A stretch of 64,000 nucleotides of DNA, from positions 8,116 through 72,115 of the forward strand of contig CAWIGO010000002.1 in NCBI GenBank assembly GCA_963835625.1, given 5' to 3'. The notes below the pieces were generated by a model that worked only from the letters and a program-made list of their open reading frames with translations, searched no databases and had not been told where the DNA came from. Origin of the DNA: an uncultured Verrucomicrobiae bacterium. GTDB taxonomy: Bacteria > Verrucomicrobiota > Verrucomicrobiia > Limisphaerales > UBA11358. Shown here piece by piece: positions 38,365-48,658 of the stretch; positions within the stretch are counted from its first letter, which is position 1; every line of letters starts with the position of its first letter. Both the position numbers and the translations under genes were made by a program.

Positions 38365-39747
38365 ATGAAAAGACCGTTTTTAGGCGTTAAAATTCTCCTA
38401 CTGGCATTTATTGGATTCCTCCATTGGAATGCGATTGCGCAAAACGCAAACACGAATTTACCCGCGTGGCTTACGCGGCCACTGCCGCTGATGGATTGCT
38501 TGAATCTGGCGTTGCAGCAAAATGCCACCATCCTCAAGGCCAAGAACGATCTCGAAGCGTCTTATGGTATCGTCGTGCAAACACGCGCCGTGGCGCTTCC
38601 GCGGGTGCAGGCCACTGGCAATTACACGGATACCGACCCGGAAGCGATTGACAAGTTTCCCATTTTGCCTTCCGGCTTCACCCAGCCGCATGAAAATTGG
38701 AATGCCGGTATCAAGATTATTCAATCCATCTATGAAGGCGGGAAGATGCTTGCTGCGGTGCGCGCGGCCAAAGTCACCAAGGAACAGGTATTGGCACAAT
38801 ATCAAACCACGATTGCCGACACATTGCTCGCCACGCGCGTGGCGTATTACGATGTGCTGCTCGCCGCGCAACAAATCACCGTGCACGAGGCCTCGGTCAA
38901 CCTGCTTCAAAATGAACTCGAAGACCAGCAACGCCGCTACGACGCCGGCACGGTGCCGCATTTCAACGTGCTCCGCGCCGAAGTCGCCGTCGCCAACGAA
39001 CGCCCCAATTTGATTCGGGCGCGCAATGACAATCGCATTGCCAAAAATAATCTGGCCAATCTGCTCGGCTACAATCTGCCGCGGGATGTTTGGGAAGACG
39101 TTCCGCTGCAACTGACCGACACCCTGGAGGCCGCGCCGTATCAGGTAAATCTGCCCAACGCTGTCCAGCAGGCGCTGGCCAATCGCACGGAACTGGTGGC
39201 CCTGCGCAAGACGGTTGAACTACAGCGACTCAACGTCGTCAACGCCGAGGCCGGCTATAAACCAACCGTCCAGGTGTTTGCCGGTTACAATTGGTTCAAC
39301 TCGCAATTTACAGACGACTTGAACCACGATTTACACGGCTGGAACGCGGGTGCGCAAATGAGCTGGGACATTTTCGATGGAATGTTGACCCACGGCAGAG
39401 TTATTCAGGCCAAGGCGCTTTACGAAAAAGCCAAAACCGACGTGATTGATCAAGCGCGTCAGATTGAGCTTCAAGTCCGCACGGCTTATTCCAGTTTCAT
39501 CGAAGCCAGGGAGGTTCTGGAATCCCAGCAAAAGGTGCAGGAGGAAGCCGAGGAAGCCTTGCGTGAGGCCGAGGCGCGCGCTGCCGCCGGCACCGGCACT
39601 CAACTCGACGTGCTCGACGCCCAGACATCGCTCACTCAAGCGCGCACAACGCAGGTGCAGGCGCTGCACGATTACGCCGCCGCTTGCGCCAGGCTCGAGC
39701 GCGCGATTGGCGAGGACATGCTTCAAACCGCGGCGAATAAATCGTGA
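38365..39747 (+). CDS. TolC-family outer-membrane protein
   Basis: Signal peptide and two OEP repeats. Divergent from the HlyD-ABC operon. Confidence 0.85.
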   Translation: MKRPFLGVKILLLAFIGFLHWNAIAQNANTNLPAWLTRPLPLMDCLNLALQQNATILKAKNDLEASYGIVVQTRAVALPRVQATGNYTDTDPEAIDKFPILPSGFTQPHENWNAGIKIIQSIYEGGKMLAAVRAAKVTKEQVLAQYQTTIADTLLATRVAYYDVLLAAQQITVHEASVNLLQNELEDQQRRYDAGTVPHFNVLRAEVAVANERPNLIRARNDNRIAKNNLANLLGYNLPRDVWEDVPLQLTDTLEAAPYQVNLPNAVQQALANRTELVALRKTVELQRLNVVNAEAGYKPTVQVFAGYNWFNSQFTDDLNHDLHGWNAGAQMSWDIFDGMLTHGRVIQAKALYEKAKTDVIDQARQIELQVRTAYSSFIEAREVLESQQKVQEEAEEALREAEARAAAGTGTQLDVLDAQTSLTQARTTQVQALHDYAAACARLERAIGEDMLQTAANKS

Positions 39748-39792
39748 TTTGCCGTTGACGAAACCGGCAAGTCTGGAAGATTTTGTCACGTC

Positions 39793-41343
39793 ATGGCGAA
39801 AATTCAACGGGCGCTGCTCTCTGTTTCCGAGAAAACCGGCCTCATTCCGCTGGCGCAAATCCTTGTGACGGCGGGCATCGAACTGATTTCAACCGGTGGC
39901 ACGGCCAAAATCCTTCGCGACGCGGGACTCAAGGTGAAGGACATTGGCGAACACACCGGCTTTCCTGAAATGCTCGACGGCCGCGTCAAGACGCTGCATC
40001 CCAAAGTTCACGGGGGTCTGCTCTTTATTCGTGGAAACGAGAGTCATGAAGCCGCTGTGCGGGCGCACGGGATTAAGCCGATTGATCTGGTCGTCGTGAA
40101 TCTTTATCCATTCGAGCAAACGGTTGCGAAGCCGGATGCAACATTACACGATGCAATTGAAAACATAGACATTGGCGGACCTTCGATGCTTCGCAGCGCG
40201 GCAAAGAATCATGAGAGCGTAACCGTCGTGGTTGACCCGGCGGATTACGACGAAGTCGCCGCGCAAATCAGTGCGAACGGCAATACGACGCTGGAGTTGC
40301 GCCGCAGACTGGCTGCAAAGGTGTTTGCACGGACTGCGGCGTATGATGCCGCCATCGCGTCGCATTTGAATAAAACGTTTGACGTGCAGAGCGCCGGCTT
40401 GCCGGACGCACTTTTTATTTATGCGCCACTTGTCCAACCGTTGCGTTATGGCGAAAATCCACACCAAGTCGCGGCGCTCTACGGCAGCTTTCATGATTTT
40501 TTCCAGCAAATCCACGGCAGGGAACTTTCCTACAACAATGTTTTGGACCTGACAGCGGCGGCAAATTTGATCACGGAATTTTCGGAGGACATTCCGACGT
40601 TGGCGATTTTGAAACACACGAATCCGTGCGGCGTCGGACAAGGTGAAAATTTATGTGAAGCGTGGAACAAGGCGTTCGCAACGGACAAACAAGCGCCTTT
40701 TGGCGGGATCATCGTGACAAACCGTCCGCTCGATGGCGCGTGCGCCGCAGCCATCGCTGAAATTTTCAGTGAGGTCATTGTCGCGCCGGATTTTTCCGCA
40801 GATGCACTGGCGGCTTTGCAAAAGAAAAAGAACCTGCGTTTGTTGAAAATGGTGAAATCGCCAACAGCCGGCAGCGAGTTCAATTTGCGGAGCGTCGGCG
40901 CAAATTCGTTTTTGTTGCAGGAGCATGATACAAAAGTGACGGCGCGCGCGAACTTGAAGATTGTAACATGGCGCAAGCCGAACGAGGAAGAATTGCGTGC
41001 AATGCTGTTTGGCTGGCATGTGGTCAAGCATGTGAAATCAAACGCGATTGTTTATGCAGCGGACGACCGGACGCTGGGCATTGGCGCGGGACAAATGAGC
41101 CGCGTGGACGCGAGCCGGATTGCGGTTTGGAAAGCGCGCGAAGCCGGATTATCGCTCAAGGGTAGTGTGGTGTGCAGCGACGCGTTTTTCCCGTTCCCCG
41201 ATGGTTTAATTGCCGCAGCGGAAGCGGGCGCGACGGCGGCAATTCAGCCGGGCGGTTCGGTGCGCGACGCAGAAGTCACCGCTGCGGCGAACGAGCGGAA
41301 TATGGCGATGGCATTCACCGGCATCCGCCATTTCCGGCATTAA
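39793..41343 (+). CDS. purH: Bifunctional AICAR transformylase / IMP cyclohydrolase
   Basis: [27 protein letters not shown], 516 aa. Confidence 0.95.
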   Translation: MAKIQRALLSVSEKTGLIPLAQILVTAGIELISTGGTAKILRDAGLKVKDIGEHTGFPEMLDGRVKTLHPKVHGGLLFIRGNESHEAAVRAHGIKPIDLVVVNLYPFEQTVAKPDATLHDAIENIDIGGPSMLRSAAKNHESVTVVVDPADYDEVAAQISANGNTTLELRRRLAAKVFARTAAYDAAIASHLNKTFDVQSAGLPDALFIYAPLVQPLRYGENPHQVAALYGSFHDFFQQIHGRELSYNNVLDLTAAANLITEFSEDIPTLAILKHTNPCGVGQGENLCEAWNKAFATDKQAPFGGIIVTNRPLDGACAAAIAEIFSEVIVAPDFSADALAALQKKKNLRLLKMVKSPTAGSEFNLRSVGANSFLLQEHDTKVTARANLKIVTWRKPNEEELRAMLFGWHVVKHVKSNAIVYAADDRTLGIGAGQMSRVDASRIAVWKAREAGLSLKGSVVCSDAFFPFPDGLIAAAEAGATAAIQPGGSVRDAEVTAAANERNMAMAFTGIRHFRH

Positions 41344-41732
41344 TGAATCAGCTGGTAGATTAGAAAAAGCTCACACAAGACAACCAGGGCCAGAAGAGCC
41401 CAAAAGAACCCTTCGCGGAGACACAAGCCACGCTGTCGAACTGCAGTAAGCCAAAATTGGAGTTTGGCAGCACCGAGAGTGATGACATCGCCATTGCGGA
41501 GCAGTGCGGTTTGCACGGGCTGACTGTTCACGGTGACCAGAGCGTTCGGCGCTGCCGCGAGGATGACGCCCTGCTGTGGGTTGAATTCAAGCGTCGAATG
41601 TTGATCCCAGACACCATCATCATCCAACTGTAAATCGTTTCCATGCGCGCGGCCGATACGAAAAGGAAAACGGCAGGCAACCAATTGATTGCCCGCCTTC
41701 TTGCCCGCAAGGATGTGAAGTTGAATCTTCAA
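41340..41732 (-). CDS. FHA-domain protein with a C-terminal TM anchor
   Basis: FHA core (FRIGR...NDLQL.D..VWDQHSTLEF ... NGDVITLG). 4-nt overlap with the wza-like gene. Confidence 0.7.
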   Translation of the reverse strand: MKIQLHILAGKKAGNQLVACRFPFRIGRAHGNDLQLDDDGVWDQHSTLEFNPQQGVILAAAPNALVTVNSQPVQTALLRNGDVITLGAAKLQFWLTAVRQRGLCLREGFFWALLALVVLCELFLIYQLIH

Positions 41733-42385
41733 AAGAAGCGGCGCAGCACTTGGATTTGGTCGCCGGGATAAACAGGCGGGTCCAAAGACGGGTTTTCAAA
41801 GACTTTGTTGCAGTTGACCTTGATGCGTTTCCCATTGGCGCGGATGAGCCACACCTTGCCTCGGTTCGCGAAATCAGTGAAATCACCGGCGGATTGAATG
41901 GCTTGGGTTACGGTGGTTTCGCCTACGTAAAGTTGGCGGCCGGGTTGCTTGACTTCGCCGCCAACGTAATAAACGCGGTCCCCTGATTTCACGGTGACAG
42001 TAAGCCGAACGTAATATTTGGGCACGTAAAGGTTGTGAATCTCATTCTGCAGTTGACCGAGCGTCTTGCCTGCCGCCTGAACCGCGCCAATATAGGGAAG
42101 CGTGATGGTGCCGTCTTCTTTGATGGGCTCTGCATGTTCGGGGATTTGCTCGACTGTGCCTGTGAGATCCACAATCACAGTTTCACCCACGTGGAAACCG
42201 TTGGCGGCTGGATTACCAGGTGCCGAATCCTCCGGCAAGGGCCCGGCCAAAGAAGGCGGCGGTTTAGGTTTGTTGGGAGCCAATGACCGGTCTGAGGACG
42301 ATGAACAGCCGCCGAGCACAAGCCCAAGCAGCAAAAACCCGCATGCGCACCATTCCAAACACGACGGTCTGCAAAACAGTTTCAT
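41729..42385 (-). CDS. Polysaccharide export lipoprotein (Wza-like, Poly_export plus SLBB)
   Basis: Lipobox LGGCSS, then the FHVGETVIVDL...YVGGEVKQPG...PGDQIQV pattern. Confidence 0.75.
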   Translation of the reverse strand: MKLFCRPSCLEWCACGFLLLGLVLGGCSSSSDRSLAPNKPKPPPSLAGPLPEDSAPGNPAANGFHVGETVIVDLTGTVEQIPEHAEPIKEDGTITLPYIGAVQAAGKTLGQLQNEIHNLYVPKYYVRLTVTVKSGDRVYYVGGEVKQPGRQLYVGETTVTQAIQSAGDFTDFANRGKVWLIRANGKRIKVNCNKVFENPSLDPPVYPGDQIQVLRRFF

Positions 42386-42419
42386 GTGCACACCAATCCT
42401 TGTTAAATTCACCGCACAA

Positions 42420-44564
42420 TCAATACTTTTGTTTGATCCCGGCCTCATTGGATTCGTCGGGAACATTTTGGGCTGGTGTTTCCTGTTTGTCTTCGTTGCG
42501 CGAATAGTAGTAGTAATAACCTTCGTCGTGCGACATGGTGACATTGTTGAGGACGATGCCGATCAGATTACCGCCCGCCTTCTCGACCAACTGTTTGACG
42601 CGCATGTTCATCTGTTGTGGGTAACGGCGGTATTGTATGACTTGCACGGCCATGTCCACTTCGCTGGCCAGTATGGCGGCATCGCTCACGCCCAGGATTG
42701 GAGGTGAGTCGAAAAACACGAAATCATAGCGCCGTTTCAATTCCGCAATTAAATCTTTCATCTGCGGCGAATTGAGAATGCTCATGGAACTGCTTGGTAA
42801 TTTGCCACTGGCCATGAAATCAAGCATCGTCACACTGGTGGTTTGAATGACTTCTTCAAGCGTGTTTTGTTTCAGTAGATAATTGGTCAGGCCGATGTTG
42901 TTGCTGACGCGGAGCAAGTTGTGGAGGGTGGGGCGACGCAGATCCGAGTCCACGATCAAAACACGCTGGCCAGCTTGAGCAAAGACCGTAGCCAGATTGA
43001 GGGTGGTGATGGATCTGCCTTCGCCCATACCGGCACTGATGGTGACAATCGCATTGCGCTCGTCATCCTTGCGAGAAAACAAAAGATGGGTTCGCAAGAC
43101 GCGATAAACCTCGGCATGTTGGCTCTCGGGACCTTCGTCCAGCAGACAACCAACGTTCTGGGGAATCACACCAAGCACTGGCACTTGAAACACGCGCTCG
43201 ATTTCATCAATGGTTTTGACGCTGGTGTCGAGATATTCGATGAAGAAGGCCAGAGCGATGCCAAGAACCAAACCGCCGATAATACCGAGAGTGATGTTCA
43301 GTTTTTTATTTGGAGAAACGGGATTTTTAGCCGGTTCGGCCCGGCGGATGATTTCCACCATCGCCGTTCTTGGAATTTCCACGTCGAGCTTCTCCGCTTC
43401 AATTTTCGCGGCGAGCAACTTGTGGAATTCCAGCATGTTCGCGAATTTGCGCTTTTCCTCCCAGTAAGGCTGTCCTCTCGAGGCTTCCTCCTGATCTTTC
43501 TGTTTGGCTTCGTCAACCGCCTCGGTGAGCGCATCAAGCGCGGCCTTCTCGGATTCCACCTGGCTGCCAAGGCCAGCCATGATGCCGCTGACCCGGTCAT
43601 CAATCTGAAGATTCAACTTGTCAATCAAGGATTGCACGCGGGTGACATCCGGGTTTGCAAGCGAATAATCATTCGTCAAGGTGACGAATTTCTGCTGGGC
43701 TTCATGCAGTTTTCCCAACAATTCAGAAAGCGCAGCATCAGGAACAACCGTGGGCAAAACCTCCCTCAATTTTTCCGGGCCTAATGGTTGCAGTTCGGTC
43801 AACTGTTTTTCAAACTTCATGTAGCGCGCCTGGCCTTCGATCATCAAGTTGTTGTAGTTGTGCAGTTGCTCCGAAGTCAGCGTGGGGGTGGGGCTGGTGG
43901 AATTGGGATCGTAGTCGTGAATGCGCAGTTCCTTGCGCAATTGATCCACTTTTTGCTCGACGACATCAAGTTGCTGTTCGTCTGCTTGATACTGGTCTTC
44001 AAAAACCTTGATGCCGCGCAGCGATTGTTCCTTGCGCAGGTTGATCCGGTAATCGCGATAGGCTTCGGTGGTGGCATTGGCAATGCGGGCCGCCAAATCG
44101 TTGTCCTCGTCGCGCACGGTGATTTCGATCAATTTGGTGTTGCGGATGGGGTTGAGAGACATCCGTCCTTTGAGCATCTCCATTGTGATGGAGGTCTCAA
44201 GTGGTACACCGCCGTTATATTTCCTGCCCCACTCAACATTCAAATTGAGCTTTTCGATGATCTTGCCGAGGACAACTTGGTCATGAATGATTTCAAATGC
44301 AGTCTGAATGAAATATGGATCGTATGGGGCGTATGTGACATCACCTGCTCCAACCCCTTGAATGTCTGAAATGATATCAGGTTCGATCTGGATTCGCGCG
44401 GTGCTGGCGTAGGTCGGCCGCAGAATGAACGTTACCACCGTAGCGACGGTAAGGGTAATCAAAAAAACGGTAATGATGATGGTTTTGCGGGTGCGAAGGA
44501 TGCGCCAATAGTCCAGGAAGTGCAGCCTGGTTTCCTGTTGCGGCTGATTTTGTAATGCATCCAT
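42420..44564 (-). CDS. Polysaccharide co-polymerase / tyrosine autokinase (Wzc/GumC-like)
   Basis: Wzz N-terminal domain, long coiled coil, P-loop-like SAGMGEGRS, C-terminal tyrosine cluster EGYYYYYS. Confidence 0.85.
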   Translation of the reverse strand: MDALQNQPQQETRLHFLDYWRILRTRKTIIITVFLITLTVATVVTFILRPTYASTARIQIEPDIISDIQGVGAGDVTYAPYDPYFIQTAFEIIHDQVVLGKIIEKLNLNVEWGRKYNGGVPLETSITMEMLKGRMSLNPIRNTKLIEITVRDEDNDLAARIANATTEAYRDYRINLRKEQSLRGIKVFEDQYQADEQQLDVVEQKVDQLRKELRIHDYDPNSTSPTPTLTSEQLHNYNNLMIEGQARYMKFEKQLTELQPLGPEKLREVLPTVVPDAALSELLGKLHEAQQKFVTLTNDYSLANPDVTRVQSLIDKLNLQIDDRVSGIMAGLGSQVESEKAALDALTEAVDEAKQKDQEEASRGQPYWEEKRKFANMLEFHKLLAAKIEAEKLDVEIPRTAMVEIIRRAEPAKNPVSPNKKLNITLGIIGGLVLGIALAFFIEYLDTSVKTIDEIERVFQVPVLGVIPQNVGCLLDEGPESQHAEVYRVLRTHLLFSRKDDERNAIVTISAGMGEGRSITTLNLATVFAQAGQRVLIVDSDLRRPTLHNLLRVSNNIGLTNYLLKQNTLEEVIQTTSVTMLDFMASGKLPSSSMSILNSPQMKDLIAELKRRYDFVFFDSPPILGVSDAAILASEVDMAVQVIQYRRYPQQMNMRVKQLVEKAGGNLIGIVLNNVTMSHDEGYYYYYSRNEDKQETPAQNVPDESNEAGIKQKY

Positions 44565-44722
44565 ATGTCGAAAAAAAAATTAATGGAAGCCATGCCATTG
44601 CCCCGGCTCCCGTCTACATTGACCCGGTCCCCGTCTAAACGTTCAAAACAATTTGCGGAGTATATAGTTAGCGCAAATAGCGGTGATGCTGGCGTGGATT
44701 GTGCCGGGACAGAGGCAAAACC

Positions 44723-44896
44723 TCACTGGCTCTTCGCTATCTCGATTATTTGTCGCCTCAAAAGGTCAAGCTCTCTCTGCGTCTCGCCATTTTGAAGTTG
44801 CAACTCCGTAATTGTGTTATCGTGGGATTCATTTGCTTTCTCAAGCTCCGCAACTCGGTTACGGAGTTCCGCTGCCATTTTTTGGTCTTCATTCAT
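44723..44896 (-). CDS. Small coiled-coil protein (57 aa), hypothetical
   Basis: Hand-translated: MNEDQKMAAELRNRVAELEKANESHDNTITELQLQNGETQRELDLLRRQIIEIAKSQ. Below the ORF-track cutoff, weak RBS. Confidence 0.3.
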   Translation of the reverse strand: MNEDQKMAAELRNRVAELEKANESHDNTITELQLQNGETQRELDLLRRQIIEIAKSQ

Positions 44897-45025
44897 AATG
44901 TCGCTTCAGCCTTTTGCCAGCAAAAGCGATGCCACCCAAAACGCGCTGGCAACAAACTAAGCCTGCATTACCCTTTTCTTGTAAAACGACCGGCAAAAGG
45001 CTGGCCTAAGGCGGAGGTTTAGCTT

Positions 45026-45214
45026 ATGAGCACATTCAAAATCATAGCTATATGCGTCGTTGTCCTCGGTTTAGTTCTTGGTTTCTTTGAACGCCTTAAA
45101 GCACCGTCCTTTCTTGTTATAGAGCAATCGCCCAATTATCCAGCTTGGCTTGGATGGTTTGGCTGGATTTTGGCCGCAGCGGGCACGTTAATGTTGATTT
45201 TTGCCCAAGAATAA
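45026..45214 (+). CDS. Small two-TM membrane protein (62 aa), hypothetical
   Basis: Strong SD (GGAGG 7 nt upstream of the ATG) and two hydrophobic helices. Confidence 0.5.
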   Translation: MSTFKIIAICVVVLGLVLGFFERLKAPSFLVIEQSPNYPAWLGWFGWILAAAGTLMLIFAQE

Positions 45215-45265
45215 CGCGGTTTGCGTTAGATATATACTCCCGACAATTTGGTTTAACACGGCTGG

Positions 45266-46654
45266 CTAATAGGCGGCTGTAACTCCCAAGTAAATGCGGT
45301 TGCGCGTGTAACCGTTTCCTGAAATTTGAGAGACAATGTTTCCTGGAATTTGAGAGACAACATCATCAAAATTATAGCCGGCATCAACTGAAAGGTGCTG
45401 GTTGAAACTATACGACAGGTTCACACCCAAACTATAGTAATCACTCGCCTGATTGTTGTAAAAGCCCCCGTTGTATACCGAGTGTTGCCAGCGCCCAATG
45501 ACTGAGCCCAGCAGCTTGGGTGTCAATTTGTGGTTGATGGAAGCGTAAACCGTGGAACTTTCCTGGCTCTGCGTAATACGCCCTTGGGCGTCCGGCGTAA
45601 TCTCGTCCGTTGCACTCTGCGATTCCGTGAAACCAATCTGCGCATAGCTGCCCGGAGCATAGGTGTAGGTTGCCGACATGACCGCATAAGGAGCCAGCGA
45701 TGGCGAGCTAAGCGGATCATTGTAAGTCTCCGAATATTGAAAGCCGCCCTGTGCGTTCACAGACAGATTCGGCAGAAAGGCGTGTTGAAAACCCAAATAA
45801 CCGGTGTAGGAACGACTGTTGCGGTCGGAACTGTGATAAAGAATGGATGTGTTTGGATCGTATGGAAACGGCGAAAAATAAGCCACAGGTTCGTTTCCCG
45901 TGTAATTCACCAGCCCAAAGTTGCCACCGACCAGGACCATGGTTTCCGGCCGGACCTGCCATTGCAAATTCAACCATACTGATTGTTCAATCCGATTCAG
46001 CAAGCCGGCAAGGCTGGTAACGACCAACCCGGGAGAGCCGACCGACCCAGGAAAGAAGAAGTAGGGGTAGACCGAAGGCACGGGCGGGGTAGCCGTCCCG
46101 CCACTGTTTTCGTAGTCGTAAATTGTGTTTTGATAGCCCAACACGGTGCTGAACAGCCGCGTCCAAACCGTGTTCAGAGTTAGGCTGCCCGTGTTGCTGA
46201 TGTTATTTCCCTCAGTGCGGGTAGTCAGAGAGGTATTGGGATCAATCAATTCCGGCTCCTGCCCCACGACGAATGAATCCTGCACTCTTGCCTGCCAGCG
46301 TTCGGAGAACGCGTGATCCACCCACAAATCAAACTGGTGCGTCTGGTCAACCGGATTCTCGCCGAGGGTCTTCCGATCCTGATAATAATACAAACCGTAA
46401 GTGTAGCGCAGTCCCAATTCCGTTTGTTGAAGCGGCACATTCAGGCTGAAAGAAGGACTGACTTCAAATGCGAAACTGCCGCGTTTGCTTGGCCCCGACG
46501 ACACGGTGTTGTAGTTATCGTCATAGAAACCGCGCAAGGTGCCTGACAGGCTCCACATGGAAGCCGACGTGGAACTCCAGTCAGGGGCATAGGCAGCCTG
46601 AAGGCTGGCCGTCCCAGCAGCAATGAGTCCCACAGAGGCAAAAAACTTCCTCAT
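45266..46654 (-). CDS. Outer-membrane beta-barrel protein (EPS-locus associated)
   Basis: Signal peptide MRKFFASVGLIAAGTASLQA, alternating beta-strand pattern, aromatic C-terminus (AAY). Confidence 0.6.
   Translation of the reverse strand: MRKFFASVGLIAAGTASLQAAYAPDWSSTSASMWSLSGTLRGFYDDNYNTVSSGPSKRGSFAFEVSPSFSLNVPLQQTELGLRYTYGLYYYQDRKTLGENPVDQTHQFDLWVDHAFSERWQARVQDSFVVGQEPELIDPNTSLTTRTEGNNISNTGSLTLNTVWTRLFSTVLGYQNTIYDYENSGGTATPPVPSVYPYFFFPGSVGSPGLVVTSLAGLLNRIEQSVWLNLQWQVRPETMVLVGGNFGLVNYTGNEPVAYFSPFPYDPNTSILYHSSDRNSRSYTGYLGFQHAFLPNLSVNAQGGFQYSETYNDPLSSPSLAPYAVMSATYTYAPGSYAQIGFTESQSATDEITPDAQGRITQSQESSTVYASINHKLTPKLLGSVIGRWQHSVYNGGFYNNQASDYYSLGVNLSYSFNQHLSVDAGYNFDDVVSQIPGNIVSQISGNGYTRNRIYLGVTAAY
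45314..45361. repeat. 24-bp tandem duplication within the barrel gene
   Basis: gtttcctgaaatttgagagacaat / gtttcctggaatttgagagacaac. Encodes IVSQIPGN IVSQISGN. Confidence 0.85.
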
Positions 46655-46804
46655 AATATGCTTTTCTTCACGTTGCTGATTAAAAAACACCGGACGGCCA
46701 ACGAACACAGAAACAACCGATGACTATGGCGGAAGTATCAACAAGAGGAGAATTCTGTCAAACCCATTTCCAATTTTTCGATTCAAAAAATCCCGCTGAT
46801 TCGC

Positions 46805-48565
46805 TTAAAATCCTTTATTTTTAAGCCGTTTGGACTTTAACTCCTTCAACAACACCTTCAATGGCGACGCATTTACCACATCCACTTTCTCCAACCAACC
46901 TTTTCGCCCAATCCCCGCGCCCAACCGGAGAAAACCCGCGTGCTCATTCCGATGCGCGTCTGGATTAATGACGCACTTGACACCTTTGCTTTTCGCGTAA
47001 GGCCAAAGCCGCCAGTCCAAATCGAACCGATGCGGATTGCAATTCAGTTCAATCCACGTGCCCATCTCCGCGCACACGTCAATCACTGCCTGCGCATTGA
47101 CAGGATATGCCTCCCGCTCGAGCAACAGCCGGCCAGTCATATGACCAATCATGTGAACGAACGGATTCTGTGCCGCGCGAATCAACCGTTTTGTGTTTTC
47201 CGCCTCATTGTTGGACGGAACATGCAGGCTCGCAACGACCACGTCCAGCTCAACAAGTAATTCATCATCGAAATCCAGCCGGTCGCGTAAAATGTCCACT
47301 TCGATGCCCGTGAGTAAACAAAACTTGCTGCCACGTCGGGCGAATCGCTCGTTAATTTTTTTGATTTCCTTGATTTGCTCACGAACCCGCTTCACATCGA
47401 GGCCGTTCGCCTGAAACGACGATTTTGAATGGTCGGTGATGGCCCAGTATTCAAGGCCGAGTTCCTCCATGTAATCGGCGATTTCGCCCAATTGATCATG
47501 CCCGTCGCTCCAGGTCGAATGACCATGCAACGCGCCCCGCAAATCCGTCCATTCAATGAGTTGTGGCAGTGCATTTTTTTCGCCGGCGGCAAATTCGCCA
47601 TGGTCTTCGCGTAATTCCGGCGGGACAAATGGCAAGTCGAGCTTCGCAAAAATTTCTTCTTCATCCCGGCATGGCACGAGCAATTTCGGGTCGCGGGTTT
47701 CTTCCTTTGACTTGAACAGCCCATATTCATTCAACCGCAAACCACGCTGGATCGCGCGCTGGCGCATGACGATATTGTGTTCCTTGCTGCCGGTGAAATA
47801 CGCGAGCGCAAACGGAAATTCCCTGTCGCCCACCACACGCAGATCGCATTGAATGCCGCCTTCCAGAATCACACTTGCCTTCGTTTCGCCTTTCGCCGTC
47901 ACCTTGATGATTCCGGGTTGCAAAACGAAAAATTCAATCACTTCCACCGGTTTTTTTGACGACGCGAGCAAATCAATGTCACCGATGACTTCCCTGAATC
48001 GGCGCAAGCTGCCCGCCGCGCTGCAGCGAATCACTCCGGGATGCTCGCGCAGGCTTTCCAGCAATGGCTCCGCGGCGGCCAGTGTGTCGCTCAACAAATG
48101 TTTGGAAGCGTAAGTTCGCCGACGCTCAATGCCTTCAAGAATGTTGGCCTGTGTCTTTTCGCCGAAGCCGTCGATCTCCGCAACTTTGCCTGCCTTGCAC
48201 GCGGCTTCAAGTTTCTCGACCGAATCCACGCCGAGTTTTTTGTTGAGCGCCTGGATTTTCTTGGGTCCGAGTCCGGAAATTTCCAGCATCGCAATCAAGC
48301 CCGGTGGAATCGAAGCTTTCAGTTCGTCGTAGTAGGCAAGTTTGCCGGTTTCGACCAGCTCGGTGATTTTCTTTTCCAGCGCTTCGCCGATGCCTTTGAT
48401 TTGGCCAAGCTGTTTTTCAGCGACGATTTTTGCCAGCGGCTCGCTCAAGCTTTCAATCGTGCGCGCGGCATTCATGTAGGCGCGCGTCTTGAAAGGATTT
48501 TCGCCCTTCAGTTCGAGCAACGTCCCGATCTCGACCAGGATTTCCGCAACTTGGTCCTTGTCCAT
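46805..48565 (-). CDS. polX: Family X DNA polymerase with a C-terminal PHP domain
   Basis: HhH N-terminus (GENPFKTRAY), nucleotidyltransferase core (GSLRR..E.IGDIDLL), PHP motifs (HGHSTWSDG). Confidence 0.9.
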   Translation of the reverse strand: MDKDQVAEILVEIGTLLELKGENPFKTRAYMNAARTIESLSEPLAKIVAEKQLGQIKGIGEALEKKITELVETGKLAYYDELKASIPPGLIAMLEISGLGPKKIQALNKKLGVDSVEKLEAACKAGKVAEIDGFGEKTQANILEGIERRRTYASKHLLSDTLAAAEPLLESLREHPGVIRCSAAGSLRRFREVIGDIDLLASSKKPVEVIEFFVLQPGIIKVTAKGETKASVILEGGIQCDLRVVGDREFPFALAYFTGSKEHNIVMRQRAIQRGLRLNEYGLFKSKEETRDPKLLVPCRDEEEIFAKLDLPFVPPELREDHGEFAAGEKNALPQLIEWTDLRGALHGHSTWSDGHDQLGEIADYMEELGLEYWAITDHSKSSFQANGLDVKRVREQIKEIKKINERFARRGSKFCLLTGIEVDILRDRLDFDDELLVELDVVVASLHVPSNNEAENTKRLIRAAQNPFVHMIGHMTGRLLLEREAYPVNAQAVIDVCAEMGTWIELNCNPHRFDLDWRLWPYAKSKGVKCVINPDAHRNEHAGFLRLGAGIGRKGWLEKVDVVNASPLKVLLKELKSKRLKNKGF

Positions 48566-48613
48566 GTCGCTAATCTACGTGGTCAGCGGTGATTTGTGAA
48601 TGGCGAAGGCGCG

Positions 48614-48648
48614 CACAATTCACTATTCACCATTCACAATTCACTATT
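48614..48648. repeat. 7-bp-period tandem array (CACAATT / CACTATT / CACCATT), 5 units
   Basis: Direct reading, upstream of thiD. Confidence 0.85.
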
Positions 48649-48658
48649 TAATTGCGCC

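Noticed and set aside
48566-48658. TPP riboswitch upstream of thiD
   Set aside because: The leader is under 100 nt and is occupied by a heptamer array. No CUGAGA/ACCUGA-type TPP core is visible.
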